Source: a virus (taxonomy: Duplodnaviria > Caudoviricetes). From it: 39,326 bases of DNA. This document shows, piece after piece, positions 37,329-39,326 of this stretch. Each line of letters starts with the position of its first letter. Position 1 is the first letter of the stretch. The stretch is from IMG/VR virus record IMGVR_UViG_3300009095_000033, positions 1 through 39,326 of that record. The stretch is one strand, 5' to 3'. Below the pieces are notes generated by a model, which saw only the letters and a list, made by a program, of their open reading frames with translations, was not told the DNA's origin and made no database searches. The position numbers and the translations under genes are program-made.

Positions 37329-37742
37329 TCACTTCTCTCCTCCTACAATCTCGGCCACCTCTTCGGCGGTCAGGTCGATGCGCGCGATCTCCTCGCACTG
37401 CCACGGGGTTTGCGCGCGCAGCGCCACGCTGGCGATCGTGAACAGACGGCCACGAGCATCAGGCTCGAATTCCGGCGGGTCGCCCTCGGGATCCCCGAAC
37501 TCGTCCTGGTACCAATCCTGCGCGCGCTCTATCCAATCGTTGACGACGCCCCACACCTCGGCGTCGCTCATCCGCTTGCGGCGCCAGGCGATCAGCGCGC
37601 GCGGGCCCGGGGCGAACATTCCCAGGGCCTCTCGTGGCGTATCGCTGCATCCGGTGTCGAACTCGCTGTCATCCCGGGCGTACCGCACGCTCCACAGCAC
37701 GGCGCCTGGCGCGGCTGCCAGGACTCGTTCGAGCGCGGTCAC
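37329..37742 (-). CDS. hypothetical protein
   Basis: GTGA-coupled, GAGG RBS. Confidence 0.65.
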   Translation of the reverse strand: MTALERVLAAAPGAVLWSVRYARDDSEFDTGCSDTPREALGMFAPGPRALIAWRRKRMSDAEVWGVVNDWIERAQDWYQDEFGDPEGDPPEFEPDARGRLFTIASVALRAQTPWQCEEIARIDLTAEEVAEIVGGEK

Positions 37743-38086
37743 GGCGCCACCTCGGCATAGATGGCCTCGAGCAGTTCCGCGTCCAGCGTAGTCTGCTCCA
37801 GGTCGCGCGCCGCGCGCTCCAGTAGCGCGTGGCAGGTGTCGACCTGCCGCTCTCTCTCCGTGAGCTCCGCGGACGTGGCGTCCAGATCCTCTATCGCACT
37901 GGCCAGCTTAGCCCGCGCCGTCTCCAGCTCGGCTCTCAGCTCCCTGGCTGAGTCGAGGGCTAGCTCGAGCTCGCGGCGGAGCATATCCAGCTCTGCGCTC
38001 AGCTGCGCGCAACGGCCCGAGCACGAGGTCAGGTCGCTGGGCCCCGTGCCGTAGTTGACGTTCACTCCGCTGATGCCGCCGATCAT
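37739..38086 (-). CDS. coiled-coil hypothetical protein
   Basis: GGAGG RBS, ATGA overlap. Confidence 0.65.
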   Translation of the reverse strand: MIGGISGVNVNYGTGPSDLTSCSGRCAQLSAELDMLRRELELALDSARELRAELETARAKLASAIEDLDATSAELTERERQVDTCHALLERAARDLEQTTLDAELLEAIYAEVAP

Positions 38087-38298
38087 TGGGTACCCTCCTC
38101 AGCGATGATGGCTTTCACCCTCGGCTCTCCGACGATCATGACGCTCGGACTGGTCAGCACATCCCGGAGAACCTGCACAGCCTCACGCCGAGCGTTGCGA
38201 TTGACGTTCTCGATGGTGACGTCCGCCGGCCACGGCTGGGACAGTCTCACCTCGACCGTCACCTGAACGACAGCCATGCACTGCACTCGGGTATTCAT
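38083..38298 (-). CDS. hypothetical protein
   Basis: ATG at 38298 overlaps the upstream stop. Confidence 0.6.
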   Translation of the reverse strand: MNTRVQCMAVVQVTVEVRLSQPWPADVTIENVNRNARREAVQVLRDVLTSPSVMIVGEPRVKAIIAEEGTQ

Positions 38299-38906
38299 TG
38301 CCCCACCTCGCCCTCGAACCGCGCGATGGCGGTCAGCAGCTGGAGCGCGATCCTGTCGCTCTTGGCGCCCTGCCCGTGGAGCTCCGAGGCGGCGCGCTCT
38401 ACCGCGGTCAGCAGCTCGCGCACCGGGCTGCCCACCTCGTGGGGGGCGAGCTCTAGCGTCGGCTCCTCGTGCTCTCCGTGTACGCGGCACGGGCTGTCTC
38501 CGACCTCCTGGTCGCATTGGCATCCGGGCTCGCGCGGCTGGGTGTCGCCCTGCTCGGCGTCCGCCTTGATGCGCGCGTCGATCGGCCCACGGCGCAGCTG
38601 GCGCACGAAGCGGAACAGGTCACGCTCCTCGGGTAGGTCGTCCTCGGGCTCGGCGTCATGGTAGACCCAGCTGTCGTACCAGGCGCCCACCAGCTCATGC
38701 AGCCGGTGGCTCGACTCTTGGCGCTCGCGCGCGATCCGCGAGGCCTCGGGCGGGCTGATCATCGCGGGCGCACCTGGTTCCCGCAACGCGCACCGAAGGA
38801 GAAGCTTCTCGTCGGGCGATAGGATCTCTGGCGCTCGGCGGACGAGCGTCTCTCGCGCGTAGCGCAGTTGCTCGGGGCTGTAACTGATCAGGTCTGGTTC
38901 GTTCAT
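38295..38906 (-). CDS. hypothetical protein with CxC...C..H motif
   Basis: AAAGGAG RBS, ATG at 38906. Confidence 0.7.
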   Translation of the reverse strand: MNEPDLISYSPEQLRYARETLVRRAPEILSPDEKLLLRCALREPGAPAMISPPEASRIARERQESSHRLHELVGAWYDSWVYHDAEPEDDLPEERDLFRFVRQLRRGPIDARIKADAEQGDTQPREPGCQCDQEVGDSPCRVHGEHEEPTLELAPHEVGSPVRELLTAVERAASELHGQGAKSDRIALQLLTAIARFEGEVGQ

Positions 38907-38922
38907 TGGGGTCTCCTTTGTT

Positions 38923-39001
38923 GGCGCTGCTCCGGGCGACGGCCGACCGCGGTCTACATTCGCAGCTTCGCCGCCGCCCAGAGCAGTGCCCCCGAAGGGG
39001 C
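38923..39001 (-). other. long intergenic hairpin plus UUCG hairpin
   Basis: ~20-bp imperfect inverted repeat at 38923-38990; GCCCC-UUCG-GGGGC at 39001-38988. Confidence 0.6.
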
Positions 39002-39015
39002 AACAGGTTATCGCG

Positions 39016-39213
39016 TCAGCAGTCCTTCGGCTTGGCCTCCCACAGCATCCTGGCAGCGGTCCAGACCACGGAAGGGTCCGGGTACGGAGACACGCAGCAC
39101 AGTTCGATCGCTGCGCGACGAATGAACTCCACTCTCTCTGTCTCCAGCTTGAACGCATCGAGCCCACGTACTGTGCACTGGATCTGTTCCTCTGTCGGGT
39201 ATTCCACCTTCAT
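39016..39213 (-). CDS. hypothetical protein
   Basis: GGAG RBS, 65 aa. Confidence 0.6.
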   Translation of the reverse strand: MKVEYPTEEQIQCTVRGLDAFKLETERVEFIRRAAIELCCVSPYPDPSVVWTAARMLWEAKPKDC

Positions 39214-39326
39214 TGCTCCAATCGTCGATTGACAGGACGCCTACCGCCGCGATAGCGATCAGCAGGCGTCCGATGGCTGCGATCATTTGGCAGCGTCCGC
39301 CTCGGCGCACTCGACCATCTTGCGCA

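Noticed and set aside
39008-39310. 100-aa ORF with a hydrophobic segment
   Set aside because: Fully overlaps the better-supported 39016-39213 gene; I cannot support it
39210-39326. Direct circular join to position 1 (the gene at 165 would read through to a TGA overlapping the ATG at 39213)
   Set aside because: The joined frame has poor codon usage here, another frame (...RKMVECAEADAAK-stop) looks more coding, and no terminal repeat is visible; unresolved

Overview
This window is a high-GC, podovirus-type tailed phage genome segment, possibly close to a full genome. The + strand (about 5.0-32.2 kb) carries the packaging and virion operon: putative TerS, TerL, a RuvC-like resolvase, portal, a GroES-like co-chaperonin, an HNH endonuclease, scaffold, capsid proteins, adaptor and nozzle, an M15 endolysin, ejection proteins (one with a lytic transglycosylase, one with an R-S-E ADP-ribosyltransferase) and tail fibres. 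Both flanks are on the - strand and hold early/accessory genes. On the left, small genes are separated by four copies of a conserved intergenic hairpin (three of them with a shared RBS module), downstream of a sigma70-type promoter with a palindromic spacer. The left flank also has a RyR-domain gene and a parS-like site. On the right are a Tad2/DUF2829 anti-defence protein, a 5'-3' exonuclease fused to a Rad52/Sak-like annealase with a candidate programmed -1 frameshift into an overprinted Cys-rich tail, a sigma factor, a Mom-like GNAT and two lipoproteins with a duplicated signal-peptide module. I recognised no DNA polymerase, helicase, primase, integrase, tRNA or CRISPR array. All family calls come from motif recognition by eye; no searches were run.
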